A stretch of 64,000 nt of DNA from Eledone cirrhosa (GCA_964016885.1 OZ024751.1:47740001-47804000); one strand, 5' to 3'; positions 27,840 to 42,698 are shown, numbered from the stretch's first letter. Notes: generated from the letters alone by a model not told the origin. Numbers and translations are program-made.

Positions 27840-30260
27840 GTATATGTATGTGTAATATATATATATATATATGTGTGTAATATATATATGTATGTGTAAT
27901 ATATATATATATATGTGTGTAATATATATATGTATGTGTAATATATATATATGTATGTGTAATATATATATGTATGTGTAATATATATATATATATGTGT
28001 AATATATATATATATGTGTAATATATATATATATGTGTAATATATATATATGTGTAATATATATATGTATGTGTAATATATATATATATGTGTAATATAT
28101 ATATGTATGTGTAATATATATATGTATGTGTAATATATATATGTATGTGTAATATATATATATATGTGTAATATATATATGTATGTGTAATATATATATG
28201 TATGTGCAATATATATATGTATGTGTAATATATATATGTGTAATATATATATGTATGTGTAATATATATATGTATGTGTAATATATATATGTATGTGTAA
28301 TATATATATGTATGTGTAATATATATATATATGTATGTGTAATATATATATGTATGTGTAATATATATATATATGTATGTGTAATATATATATATATATG
28401 CAATATATATATGTATGTGTAATATATATATATATGTGTAATATATTTATGTATGTGTAATATATATATGTATGTGTAATATATATATGTATGTGTAATA
28501 TATATATGTATGTGTAATATATATATGTATGTGTAATATATATATATATGTGTAATATATATATGTATGTGTAATATATATATGTATGTGCAATATATAT
28601 ATATGTATGTGTAATATATATATATATGTGTAATATATATATGTGTAATATATATATGTATGTGTAATATATATATGTATGTGTAATATATATATGTATG
28701 TGTAATATATATATGTATGTGTAATATATATATATATGTGTAATATATATATGTATGTGTAATATATATATGTATGTGTAATATATATATGTATGTGTAA
28801 TATATATATGTATGTGTAATATATATATATATGTATGTGTAATATATATATGTATGTGTAATATATATATATATGTATGTGTAATATATATATATGTATG
28901 TGTAATATATATATGTATGTGCAATATATATATGTATGTGTAATATATATATATGTGTAATATATTTATGTATGTGCAATATATATATGTATGTGTAATA
29001 TATATATGTATGTGTAATATATATATGTATGTGTAATATATATATGTATGTGTAATATATATATGTATGTGTAATATATATATGTATGTGTAATATATAT
29101 ATGCATGTGCAATATATATATGTATGTGTAATATATATATATATGTGTAATATATATATGTATGTGTAATATATATATGTATGTGTAATATATATATGTA
29201 TGTGTAATATATATATGTATGTGTAATATATATATGTATGTGTAATATATATATATATGTGTAATATATATATGTATGTGTAATATATATATGTATGTGC
29301 AATATATATATGTATGTGTAATATATATATATATGTGTAATATATATATGCATGTGTAATATATATATGTATGTGTAATATATATATGTATGTGTAATAT
29401 ATATATGTATGTGTAATATATGTATGTATGTGCAATATATATATGTATGTGTAATATATATATATATATGTAATATATATATGTATGTGTAATATATATA
29501 TATATGTGTAATATATATATGTATGTGTAATATATATATGTATGTGTAATATATATATATGTATGTGTAATATATATATATGTGTAATATATATATATAT
29601 GTGTAATATATATATATGTATGTGTAATATATATACGTATGTGTAATATATATATGTATGTGTAATATATATACGTATGTGTAATATATATATGTATGTG
29701 TAATATATATATATGTGTATGTGTAATATATATATATGTATGTGTAATATATATATGTATGTGTAATATATATATGTGTTATATATATATGTATGTGTAA
29801 TATATATATGTATGTGTAATATATATATGTATGTGTAACATATATATGTATATGTGTAATATATATATATGTGTTATATATATATATGTATAATATATAT
29901 ATGTATGTGTAATATATATATATATGTGTAATATATATATATATATGTGTAATATATATATGTATGTGTAATATATATATGTATGTGTAATATATATATA
30001 AATGTGTAATATATATATGTATGTGTAATATATATATATGTATGTGTAATATATATATATATGTATAATATATATATGTATGTGTAATATATATATGTAT
30101 GTGTAATATATATATGTATGTGTAATATATATATGTATGTGTAATATATATATATATGTATAATATATATATGTATGTGTAATATATATATATATGTATA
30201 ATATATATATATATGTGTAATATATATATGTATGTGTAATATATATATATATGTGTATGT
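27840..30260. repeat. ~19-bp AT-rich minisatellite
   Basis: Unit gtaatatatatatgtatgt with length variants. Confidence 0.95.
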
Positions 30261-30374
30261 ATAGATAGATAATTATTTAGTATTTGAATATTATCGGTGT
30301 AATTAAAGAGGGGAGGTGGTGGCGTTGTTTGTTTACCTGGAATTTAGTTGGAGAGTAAACATGGGTTTAATGTT

Positions 30375-30860
30375 AACAACAACAACAACAACAACAACAA
30401 CAGCAACAACAACATAAGAATCAAGTAGAATAACAATGATATCCAAAATAACACAACAACAACAACAACAACAACAACAGCAACAACAACAACAACATAA
30501 GAATCAAATAGAATAACAATGATATCCAAAATAACACAACAACAACAACAACAACAACAACAACAGCAACAACAACATAAGAATCAAGTAGAACAATGAT
30601 ATCCAAAATAACACAACAACAACAACAACAACAACAGCAACAACAACATAAGAATCAAGTAGAATAACAATGATATCCAAAATAACACAACAACAACAAC
30701 AACAACAACAACAACAGCAACAACATAAGAATCAAGTAGAATAACAATGATATCTAAAATAACACAACAACAACAACAACAACAACAATAGCAGCAACAA
30801 CAACAACAACAACATAAGAATCAAGTAGAATAACAATGATATCCAAAATAACACAACAAT
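30375..30860. repeat. ~75-80-bp tandem repeat with internal (AAC)n
   Basis: Constant part cataagaatcaagtagaataacaatgatatccaaaataacac, about 6 copies. Confidence 0.9.
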
Positions 30861-31169
30861 AACAGTAACAACAACGACAACAACGACAACAATACAAACA
30901 AGAGCAACAATCCGATGGAAAGTTACTTTCTAATTTACCAATAAATAATTATTGCTTTGTTTCGGTCCCGAGGCACCAAAATGTTGTTGTGGCTTCAGGA
31001 AGCGGGAGTGTGGGAGGAGAACAATGATGAAGCGGGGGAGAAGGAGGAGGAGGAGATAAAGGGAGAGGGGGAGGCTGAATGAGGAAGATGTATTTCCCTT
31101 GTAGAATTGATTCCAGTGATTTCAAGGAAGAACGAACAACGAAGCTAAAATACTGGAAAATATACACTG

Positions 31170-31340
31170 CAGTACCTTACCATATATAGTACAGTACCTT
31201 ACTATATATGGTATAGCATATTACCATATATGATAAGGTACCTTACACTCTATGGTAAGGTACCTTACAATATATGGTAAGGTACCTTACACTATATAGT
31301 AAGGTACCTTACAATATATGGTATGGTATTATACCATATA
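31170..31340. repeat. 22-bp degenerate tandem repeat with palindromic core aaggtacctt
   Basis: ggtaccttacactatatagtaa-like units. Confidence 0.75.
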
Positions 31341-31370
31341 GAGCACGGCACCTTATATATTTATATATAT

Positions 31371-31944
31371 AATAAATGTAATCTGAGTTTTTCGAATATT
31401 AATAATTGTTACTACTTTTTTTTTTCGAATATTAATAATTGTTTCTACGTTAGGCACAAGGCCAGCAATTACCCAGTGCATTACTGGTACTTTATTTTAT
31501 CGACCCCGTAAGGATGAAAGGCAAAGTTAACCTCGGCGGGATTTGAACTCAGAATGGCACGGGCCGTAACTCTATACGTCAAAGCATGGCGTCCGACCCT
31601 CTCCCAATACTGCCAATTCACAATAACATTCGATTCGTTTGCAATTATGCAAACAAGCCTCAATTTTATAGCCATGTCAGTAGAATGAACCCCTCATTCT
31701 TGCTCTTATGTTGGCATGCAGTTCTGTTCACATGCCAACATAAGAGCAAGAATCAAGTGTTCATTCTACTAACATGGCTATAAAATTGAGGCTTGTTTGC
31801 ATAATTGCAAACGAATCGAAACTTTGCCTTTCATCCTTACGGGGTCAATAAAATAAAGTACCAGTAATGCACTGGGTAATTGCTGGCCTTGTGCCTAAAG
31901 TAGAAACAATTATTAATATTCGAAAAACTCAGATTACATTTATT
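31371..31944. repeat. Nested inverted duplication: SINE (-, 31434-31620), 90-bp palindrome (31629-31820), inverted SINE 3' half plus flank (31821-31944)
   Basis: Arms read as reverse complements, including the non-SINE flank aataaatgtaatctgagtttttcgaatattaata. Confidence 0.85.
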
Positions 31945-31970
31945 GTATTCAGGCTTGTAGAACGAAATTT

Positions 31971-32053
<83 letters not shown>

Positions 32054-32309
32054 CTAACCAAATAAAAAACGAACCCCCAGCTCCCACCCATTCCTAAATA
32101 AAAAACGTACCCCCATTAAAAACGAGCCCCCAAATAGTGTATGTGTGTGTATGTATGTGTATGTGTTTGTGTATGTGTGTTTGTTTGTGTATGTGTGTGT
32201 TTGTGTAGGTCTATGTGTGTGTGCTTGTATGTGTGTGTGTTTGTGTAGGTCTGTGTGTGTATGTGTATGCGTTTGTGTGTGTGTGTTTGTTTGTGTATGT
32301 GTGTGTTTG

Positions 32310-32341
<32 letters not shown>

Positions 32342-32830
32342 CTTGTGTGTGTGTGTTTGTGTATGCGTGTGTGTTTGTGTAGGTCTGTGTGTGTTTGTGT
32401 ATGTGTGTGTGCTTGTGTGTGTGTGTTTGTGTATGCGTGTGTGTTTGTGTAGGTCTGTGTGTGTATGTGTATGTGTTTGTGTGTGTGTTAGTGTATGTGT
32501 GTGTAGGTCTATGTGTGTGCATGTATATGTGTATGTAATAAATATTTGCTTCTTATGATGAGAATTAGAAATTCTTACTCAATGTGAAATGAATAAGTTA
32601 CGAATGGAGTCCCATTGAGATTGTCTAACACATTTATTTCATGTTGGATCTCTGTTTCACACAATAGGCCTGTACTGAGGATTTACTCTCGTCTTTTGAA
32701 GGGTTTTAATGCATCCTATGTTATATTTTGAAGGGTTTAATATATCACACATACAGTATCTTTTGAAGGGTTTAATATATCACACATACAGTATCTTTTG
32801 AAGGGTTTAATATATCACACATACAGTATA

Positions 32831-33238
32831 TTAAAAAACGAGCCCCCAAATAAAAAACGGACCCCCACCCACACCCAAATAAAAAACGGACCCCGTTTTT
32901 TAATTGGGTGCCCGTTTTTTATGGGAGGGGGATGTTGGTCCTTTTTTTATTTGGGGCTAGAGTGGGGGTGGGGATCCGTTTTTATTTAGGGGTGGGGTGG
33001 GAGTGGGTGTCCGTTTTTATGGGGGGGGGGGCGTTTTTTACTTGGGGCCCCGTTTTTATGGGGGGGGGTCCGGTTTTTATTTGAGGGTGGGGTGGGGGTC
33101 CGTTTTTTATTTGGGTGCCCGTTTTTTATGGGGGGGTTCGGTGGGGGTGAGGTCCGCTTTTTATTTGGGGGCCCGTTTTTTATGGGGGGGGTCCGTTTTT
33201 TATTTAGGGCTGGGGTGGGGGTGGGGGTAGGGGTCCGA
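32831..33238. repeat. G/C-run-rich inverted subrepeat array
   Basis: aaaaaacg(a/g)cccc units switch to ggggtccgtttttt at ~32893. A further copy lies at 32060-32134. Confidence 0.7.
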
Positions 33239-33450
33239 TGTTGATTTAACACTTCACTGCTCGCAACTGTTTTTTAAGCTTCATATCATGTCTCCCTATT
33301 TTATCTGATGAGATCGCAAATATCATCCCATGATGGAACTCTTTTAACCATCTTTTGATCTTATATTATTTATACTCCAATCCTATAAACTGTTGAGTGC
33401 TACTTATCCGATATTTGCATTGCTTTATTGTGCTACAATAAAAGTCACCT
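33238..33450 (+). mobile_element. PLE pLTR with internally deleted HHR
   Basis: Same family as 8735-8900 and 24258-24425. CTGATGA is present but the GAAA/helix III segment is deleted. Confidence 0.75.
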
Positions 33451-33452
33451 TC

Positions 33453-33483
<31 letters not shown>

Positions 33484-33811
33484 GTGTGAATGAAGTAATT
33501 CCGTCGGAAAAGTCCAGGAAAAAAGAGTGCTCTATGTAGGTAACAGAGCTTAATTATTATTATTATGTAATAAACAACATAAGGCAATTATTCCATTTAC
33601 CAGTGGTTTCTTAAAAGCAAAAAGTTTTGCATTCAATCCTCAGAATGAAAAAATCCTGGTTTGTTTATTGAATTTGGATTTAAAAAAAAAAAAAATGCAA
33701 TCTATATGAAAGTGAGGCTCGAGAAGGAAGACGGAAAGGAAAAATAAAATAAAACTACACATGTAAACACACACACAAAAAAAAAACACAAAAGCATACA
33801 TACACACACAC

Positions 33812-33848
<37 letters not shown>

Positions 33849-33959
33849 CAAATATACATATACACATATATATATACATACACATATATACATATACACA
33901 TATATATATACATACACATATATACACATACATACACATATACATATACATACACTCAT

Positions 33960-34046
<87 letters not shown>

Positions 34047-34436
34047 TATGTGTGTACAAGCATACACATATACAAACAGCCATACACACATATATATACA
34101 TACATACATTCACACAATCATACATATATACACACGTACATACATACACATACATAAATGCACTCTACATATTCACACACGCAAATAAATATAAGAAAAA
34201 GTATATATATATATATATTAAAAATATTTGACACCGTTACATAAGGCAGATAACTGGACAGACACACGTGGTAAGTAATACACACAAATGCACGTATACA
34301 TACGTACGAAATAGTAAACACATACACACACTCTCACACATAAATATACATATACAAATACATAAACACATACATACATGCACAAACACGCACACGTATA
34401 CAATATATACACACACATATGTATATGTAATTATAT

Positions 34437-34480
<44 letters not shown>

Positions 34481-34641
34481 AAACACAAACACACACACAT
34501 ATATGTATACATACACACACATAACCATACATAGCTAAACAATTATACACATACAAATACGTACATATCATAAACACGCACAACCAAATACAAACACACA
34601 CACACACACACACACATACATATATATATATACACACACGC

Positions 34642-34674
<33 letters not shown>

Positions 34675-35220
34675 CATATATATACACACATGCATACACA
34701 TACACACACACATACATGTGTGTATGTGTAAAACTCAGTCTTAGATAATTCATATGAACCTTACATATACATATATATAGTAGTAAAGTAATAAAGCAAC
34801 ATAAGGCAATTATTCCATTCACCAGAGGTTTCTTAAAAGCAAAAAAATTTTCATTCAATCTTCAGAATGAAAAAAACCTGGTCTATCCACATATACATAC
34901 ATATACACACACAAATATATACATATATATACACATACACATACAAATATATACATATATATACACATACACATACAAATATATACATATATATACACAT
35001 ACACACACATACATATATATATATATATACACACAAATATACATACACATACACATAGGTATGTGAAGGGCAGGGCAAAAAGAATATATGGGGGGGGGGC
35101 ATAAGAAAAGGTGAAATATAAGGGGAGGTAAGGGAGAAAAAAAAAGTAAATATACAAGAGTACAGAACGTAGAATCAGCAAAATAACAACCGTAGCAGAA
35201 GTAAAGAGCAGGAAAGGAGT

Positions 35221-36290
35221 TCAAGGCGGTTGATTTATCATAGGAGTGTCAATCCAGTTACAGATCAGATGCGATTTCAGATGAGGACAGCATCTGAAGA
35301 TCTCAGTCTTTGAGTTGAGGCAAGCGGAAGTGGCTCTCAAGTTTAACAAAATCCTATACTTTTCTGTGGTACACAAAGAACAATTCTTTGTGCCCCTTTG
35401 GTACTCTCTCGAATGGTCTAATATAGACCAATCAATAGAGTACGGGATGTTACTATCCTTGAGTTCCCACACGTTACTTGCGAGGGCCGTTGATGTTCGT
35501 TTATCGGAGTGCTTAAAAGAAGCGACATGTGAGTAAAATCTGGTTTTAAACCTGTCCTGGGTCATACCGATATATCGCTCACTCCTGGCTGGCTGGTTGT
35601 TGATTACCGGTGTTATCTTAGCCTCATAAACGACAGATTTGGTGTTACATTTACCCTGCAATGGGCATTCATCCGGCTTCCTGCAACTGCATCCTGGATT
35701 TATTCTCGTACGGTTTGAACTGGTGATTTTGGACTTCATAGATGGGCAACAAGAGTAGCTGATCTTAACTATGTTCCTATTAAATATCTTATAATATCTA
35801 TGATTAGGAGGAAAATGTTTGTCTAATAGTTCAAGGAATTTCCTTCCTACATTAGTTTTGACATTTAGAGAGAAGGGGGGTGTGAACCAAATAATCTTCC
35901 TTTTCCTGTTATTGTGGTTAGTTTTAGGGGGTGGGGGTGGGGAGTAGGTAAATAAGAATTTTTTCTGTAAAACCGCTGTTCTTAAGGGCTTTATTATAAT
36001 AAGGGGCGGCTTTATTAAAATTGTCTATAGACGAAGATAAGGTAGAAATCCTACGGCTAATGTTAGGAATAAGATTATTAAAAACTATAGGGGGATGGCA
36101 AGACTCTTTGTGTATATACCTAAGATTTTCATTAGGTTTATGATAGGGTTTAAAAGAGGCAGTAAGTAGATCAAGATTAATATCAAGAAAGTTAGCATTA
36201 GTAAGGTTCGTATCTATCGTAATTTTAAGGTTAAGATTAGCAAAAGTATTGATTAAATCTTTACGGAATTTATCAAGGTTATGGCCGTTG
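35221..36290 (-). mobile_element. Penelope-like element fragment (RT C-terminus + GIY-YIG endonuclease, frameshifted)
   Basis: Motifs NFLDINLDL, YIHKESCHPP, GCSCRKPDECPLQGKC, VVYEAKI...YIGMTQDRFKTRFYSH and CSLCTTEK. Confidence 0.92.
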
Positions 36291-36309
36291 TATATATAGT
36301 GTTACATTA

Positions 36310-36500
36310 CCAGATTTGGAGGTCTAGTGAAACATGTCATATTGTCTACTGGATTGATTTGGAGGTCTTGTGAGATGTGATATCGTCTACTATATTGATC
36401 TGGTAGTCATGCGATACACGTCATATCGCCTATTATATTGATCTGGAGGTTATGTAAAATACATGTCTTAACTTCTACTGTATTGATTTGAAGGTCACGT
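36310..36500. repeat. Degenerate ~42-bp tandem repeat
   Basis: Recurrent ttgat(t/c)tggaggtc...gtcatat(t/c)gtctact. Confidence 0.55.
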
Positions 36501-37030
36501 GATAGAAATATCGATGAGGGGAGATTAAAATAAACAACTTAATTATTATTCTTTGTGTTCTATTCTTGAAATTTACAGAACAAAAATAACTGCTTTTCAT
36601 CCTGACGGGGTCGATAAAATAATGTAACACACTGGGGTCGATTTAATCGACTTTCCTCTTCCACTTAAAATTGCTGGCCTTGTGCCTTTAATCAAAAACC
36701 ATTATTATTATCATTGTTGTTGTTGTTCATGTTTTTTTCTTTTTCTTTCAGTTTGTTTCCATTTCTTGCCAATAGTTTTCTCGTCATCTAGTGCAGAGAA
36801 ACTCACTGCATACATTTATAAACCACAAATATAAACACCAGATCATTCACCTCGTACACTTTATACAGTTACAACTATATCATTTCCTTTATACATACAT
36901 GTACACATTATCTGTTTAAAATGATATATACATTTACAACATATATAAACTACTCATATATTTATAACTTACATGAATGTGGAATATAATCTAATAAAGT
37001 TAAGTTAAAAAAATTATTATTATTATTATT

Positions 37031-37250
37031 GTTCTTTGAGTCTCAGTCATTGATGTTAGTTAACTGGAAAGTTTGTTGAAATGAATATCAAGCCACTACC
37101 TGCAGCCTCAGATATTAAGGACGTATCGGAGGGTTCTTGCGGTTCCCAGCAAGCATGCCTTTTGAAGTGTTCCAAAAAGCGGGGCGGGGCCAATTTTCTT
37201 TAACCATCCCTGAAAACTTATTGAGATAGTACCTAGTGCGCCTATGACAA
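37031..37250 (-). mobile_element. Dong/R4-clade LINE 3' fragment inserted in (TAA)n
   Basis: VIGALGTI...LQKACLLGTARTLRYVLNI* is the typical R4/Dong restriction-like-endonuclease ORF terminus. (ATT)n on both sides. Confidence 0.75.
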
Positions 37251-37251
37251 A

Positions 37252-37287
<36 letters not shown>

Positions 37288-37288
37288 A

Positions 37289-37490
37289 GGGCGGTGGATT
37301 GGCAGTATCGGTAGAGGGTCGGACGCCATGCTTTCCAGCATAGTTACGTTCTTTTACGATCTAAGTTCAAATCCCGCCGAGGTTAACTTTGCCTTTCATC
37401 CTTACGGGGTCGATAAAATAAAGTACCAGTAATGCACTGAGTAATTGCTGGCCTTGTTCCTAAAGTAGAAACAATTATTATTATTATTAT
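37289..37490 (+). mobile_element. tRNA-derived SINE, full length with (ATT)n tail
   Basis: SINE consensus. Confidence 0.9.
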
Positions 37491-39314
37491 TAGTAGTAGT
37501 AGTAGTAGTAGTAGTATTTGTTTGTTTCTTTACTATCAACAAAGTGGAATGGGTCTCCATCGGTTTCGAGGATGAATGTTCCAGTTGTACGAACAACGCA
37601 ACAGTCCGCTCATGAAATTTAACGTGTAGGTGACCGAGTATTCCACAAGAAATATATAATTATTATCAGTACAACAAAACTTTAAATTATAAAGTAAAAG
37701 TAACTTCAATAGTAGAACATATTTTAATAGTAAAACAACAACAACAACCAAATGTTACTGAATTCAAATATATAGGAATAGTAATAAAACATACACAGGA
37801 GAATATTTATTTACATAAAGGTATTTTATTACCATTTCGCATATATAATTATAATTATGTATGGAAAATGATAAACAAATTGTTAAAGAACTAACAGTAA
37901 ATATAGTGCTATTTTCAGCACCAATACAGCCGCCATTTTAAGAACTAAAATAGTGTATTTGCTTTTTAACGTTATGAGAAAAAGTAAAGAAAATGCTTTC
38001 ATGTTTTAATTCAGTGCAGCAAAACATCAAATTAACTGCAACACCGCTCCCCACTAACGCCGCCACAAACTACAACAACTACAACAAAACCAAGACCAGT
38101 ATGTCAACTATAACCTCATGACCACTACTAATGTTAACAACATTGACATAAAAAAAAAACATGAAGAGGGCCATCTAAAACGTCGCAACAACAATAACAA
38201 CAAGAGCAACCTCCCTCACCACCTACGACAACATCATCAACAACACCAACAACAGCACCACTACCACCAACACCAACAACAACACTACTAACATAAACAC
38301 CATCAACAACACCAACCACAACAACAATAACAACCCAATCAACATCACCAACACTAGCACCACCAACAACAACACCACCAACAACAACACCAACAACAAC
38401 ATCAACAACAGCACCAACAACCTGATCAACACCACCAACAACACTGTAGCAAGAGTTGCCCCCCTTGTTATGACGATCACATCAGCAGCAGCGCTGGTAC
38501 AAGAACGGGAGTCTGACTGCATCGTCCGAAGAAACCAGACGTCAATAGCTTCGCTCTGGCGATTAACCACGTGATGGGATCCCCACCATGGGACCTTCAC
38601 GTGTTAATCATCATCTAATAACAGTGTTAATCCATTTGACAATTTCCTATAATATTTAATTGTTATAATTGGTGACCTTCGACGATTAAGTATGATAACG
38701 CAGCCTAATTGAATTCGCCATTCGTTTTAATGGCAATGTGGAGTGGCTTAACATTTGGAGTATTCGAATCGGGTAGCTAGACTCACTTAGCGTAAGTCCA
38801 TAAAATTCATAATGTTCCATTTGTTGAAGCACGCGGCCTGCACAATATTTCTGTCATAACTTTCATGGTAACACTATTGACTCACGCATACAGAAGAACA
38901 AAAAATACAACACAAAAGAAAGCGTTTTTTCGACGACTAATAAAACATTTCTCTTTTGGATTGAAAATTGTGCGATGTCTTCTATCCGGTTGAGGTAGTT
39001 TGGTATATTTCAATTAGTTGATAAAATGAGTACGTCATTTTCGTTGAGATGTATCAGCTACCTTTTCGAAGATTACTACAGCTCGTTCTTTGTTTTCGTC
39101 TGGCGTGGAATTACAATCCTGCGATAACATGAACATTTCTTTCGCACGTGTTTCGACGATTAATTTGTTGCTTTTCACTGATTATGTATCGTTACGACTT
39201 TTAACGAATAAGATCGGATATTTTGCATTGGTTTTTCTAAATGCACGTTGTATTTGCTGATTTTAAACCTTCACACGTTCATTGCAAAAACAGTTTTCAC
39301 AGTCTAAACGCAAA

Positions 39315-39475
39315 CAATTCAAGATGGCCGCCTTTTTCCCGCTTTTTGACTTTTGATTTCATTATCGGCACCGCCATCTTTGCTTGTTCTTCAAATGCAG
39401 CCATCTGATTGGCTTAGCCTCGTCACGCGACCATATCCTTGTTTTGGAAAAGAAATGCGACGCCATCTTGTTTCA
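39315..39475. promoter_or_regulatory. Candidate promoter with clustered YY1-like motifs and CCAAT box
   Basis: caagatggccgcc (39320), ccgccatctt (39371), gccatctgattgg (39400) and cgccatcttg (39461) in repeat-free, CpG-richer DNA. Confidence 0.45.
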
Positions 39476-39940
39476 TAATGGCTATCACAGATCCACCCTT
39501 CGGACTTTCGCTGCTATTTCTTGTACTGTGACTGAATTTGTTTTGCTTGCGGCAACTTTTGAGATGACTTTTTTTTCTCTCCGCGAGACATCAGCAACAA
39601 CACCAACAACAACACAGCTTCATCTTTGCTTTATCAACAACCAAAACCAGCAGAACAAAACACAGAGAATTTATTTTTGCAGCACTCTTCCTGTGAGAAA
39701 ATCCCACGCCTTTGTAGATGGGGAATTTCACGTTGTACCACAGTCTAGAAACCACCTGCATACATTCTCGTGAGGACACGCTCCCTTTCCTGCTGTCATG
39801 TGCTTACATACCTGTTAACTTTATTTTGAACATTTGAACTTTGTTTATAATTATGTTCGAGCACGTTTCTTTGCTCCTTTGACCTCTTCTTTTAAGTTGA
39901 TTACTTTGTATCTTTGTGTGATGGATAGATAGATGTCCAG

Positions 39941-41300
39941 TCGTTCTCTGACCAAATTTGGTATTATAGATAGCTTTATTTCAATAAATCTACATTATAT
40001 TGTATTATAGAGGGTCTTATTTCAAAAGAGATACACCATCTGGTATTATAGAGAGTCTTATTTCAAAAGAGATACACTATTTCGTACTACAGAGTGTCTT
40101 ATTTCAAAAGAGTTACAACATCTGGTATTACTAATGGTCCTATTTCAACATATATACTATATTTCGTATTACAGATGGTTTTAGGACAACATATAAACAA
40201 TATTTCGTATTACAGAGGGCCCTATTTCAACAAAGATACAATATTTCGTATTACAAATGGTCTTATTTCAACAAAGATACAATATTTCGTATTACAGATG
40301 GTTTTAGGACAACAGATATAAAACATCTGGTATTACTAATGGCCCTATTTCAACAGACATACAATATTTTGTCATACAGATAGTTTTAGGACAACATATA
40401 AACAATATTTCGTCATACAGGGGGTCTTATTTCAACAGAGATACAATATTTCGTCATACAGATGGTCTTATTTCAACAAAGATACAGTATTTCATATAAC
40501 AAGTGATTTTATTTATACAGATATACAGTAAAAATTGACGTTACACATTATTTTATTTCACAGATATACAATAATGAGAGTTGTTTTAAAAAAATGATGG
40601 AATATAATATAAAGCTATTTGTAATACTAAATATTGTAGAGCTATTGAAATAAAAACATTTGTAATACTAAATATTGTAGAGCTATTGAAATAAAAACAT
40701 TTGTAATACTAAATATTGTAGAGCTATTGAAATAAAAACATTTGTAATACTAAATATTGTAGAGCTATTGAAATAAAAACATTTGTAATACTAAATATTG
40801 TAGAGCTATTGAAATAAAAACATTTGTAATACTAAATATTGTAGATCTATTGAAATAAAAACATTTGTAATACTAAATATTGTAGATCTATTGAAATAAA
40901 AACATTTGTAATACTAAATATTGTAGATCTATTGAAATAAAAACATTTGTAATACTAAATATTGTAGAGCTATTGAAATAAAAACATTTGTAATACTAAA
41001 TATTGTAGAGCTATTGAAATAAAAACATTTGTAATACTAAATATTGTAGATCTATTGAAATAAAAACATTTGTAATACTAAATATTGTAGATCTATTGAA
41101 ATAAAAACATTTGTAATACTAAATATTGTAGAGCTATTGAAATAAAAACATTTGTAATACTAAATATTGTAGAGCTATTGAAATAAAAACATTTGTAATA
41201 CTAAATATTGTAGATCTATTGAAATAAAAACATTTGTAATACTAAATATTGTAGAGCTATTGAAATAAAAACATTTGTAATACCAGATAAGAGAATAACG
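39941..41300. repeat. Two opposed arrays of a 41-bp minisatellite (foldback-like)
   Basis: Left degenerate array (gtcttatttcaacaaagatacaatatttcgtattacaaatg) and right homogeneous array of the related reverse complement (atttgtaatactaaatattgtagagctattgaaataaaaac). Confidence 0.85.
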
Positions 41301-41523
41301 TGTCCAGAATATTTGATGTAGAGAGAATTTAACAAGGACAAGATTAATGATAACCTAAGCACGCGATAACCACGACCACCCCTTCCTATGCTGCCAGTAA
41401 TAACATCCACCACCAACAATGTCCACAAAAACACCAACACCAACCACGACCAACACCGCCGCCAGCCATAACATCTACAAAATCATCACTACAGACAACA
41501 CCAACAACAACATCTAAAACAAG

Positions 41524-41587
<64 letters not shown>

Positions 41588-41644
41588 GTACATAAATAGA
41601 TGTATGTATGCGTGTAGACTGATGCATGCATATATATATATATA

Positions 41645-41691
<47 letters not shown>

Positions 41692-41730
41692 GGATGAATG
41701 TGTGCAAGTATTTCTATTGTGATGTATACA

Positions 41731-41793
<63 letters not shown>

Positions 41794-41818
41794 ATGTATG
41801 TATGCAAGTATATATATA

Positions 41819-41870
<52 letters not shown>

Positions 41871-41881
41871 AAATATAGATG

Positions 41882-41932
41882 AGATTCTACAGGACTAGAA
41901 CTGTTTCATTCTTTAGAAATCATCAGGAATCT
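41882..41932 (-). ncRNA. Type I hammerhead ribozyme (solo ~65-bp insert in (TA)n)
   Basis: Identical to 8931-8981. Confidence 0.85.
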
Positions 41933-41983
<51 letters not shown>

Positions 41984-42414
41984 GTATGTATATATAGAAG
42001 GATGTATGTATGTATATATAGAAGTATGTATGTATATGTAGAGATATGTATGTATATATAGAGGAATGTATGTATATAGAGGGATGTATGTATATATATG
42101 GGAATGTTTGTATATATAGAGTGATGTGGCAGATGTCGTGGTCACAGCTGCTGTTGAAACTTTTAATGTGACAGAAAGATCAGAATTGCAATCTAAAATC
42201 CGACTTTGTGATGCCTGTTTCCGTTAATGTATGCATGTGTATATACACTTTTACTTTTCTACCTGTTCCAACTGACTGGCATGTATGTATGTATATACAT
42301 ACATGTATGTATGTATATACATACATATATATATATATATAAATACATACACACACACAGATATATATATATATAAATACATATACATACATACATACAC
42401 ACACACACGCACAC

Positions 42415-42450
<36 letters not shown>

Positions 42451-42514
42451 CACATTGTATATGTAAATACATTTTTATGTAGTTATATCTGTATATATAT
42501 GACTGTGTATATAT

Positions 42515-42698
42515 AATTGTTTCTACTTTTGGCACAAGGCCATCAAATTACCCAGTGCATTACTGGTACTTTATTTTATCGACCCCGTAAGGATGAAAGG
42601 CAAAGTTAACCTCGGTGGGATTTGAACTCAGACCGCAAAGGGACGTAACTATGCTGGAAAGCATGGCGTCCGACCCTCTACCGATACTGCCAAGCCAC
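42515..42698 (-). mobile_element. tRNA-derived SINE
   Basis: SINE consensus, reverse strand. Confidence 0.9.

Noticed and set aside
30375-30860. Repeat-spacer pattern resembling a CRISPR array
   Set aside because: The spacers are all (AAC)n rather than unique, the context is eukaryotic, and there are no cas genes.
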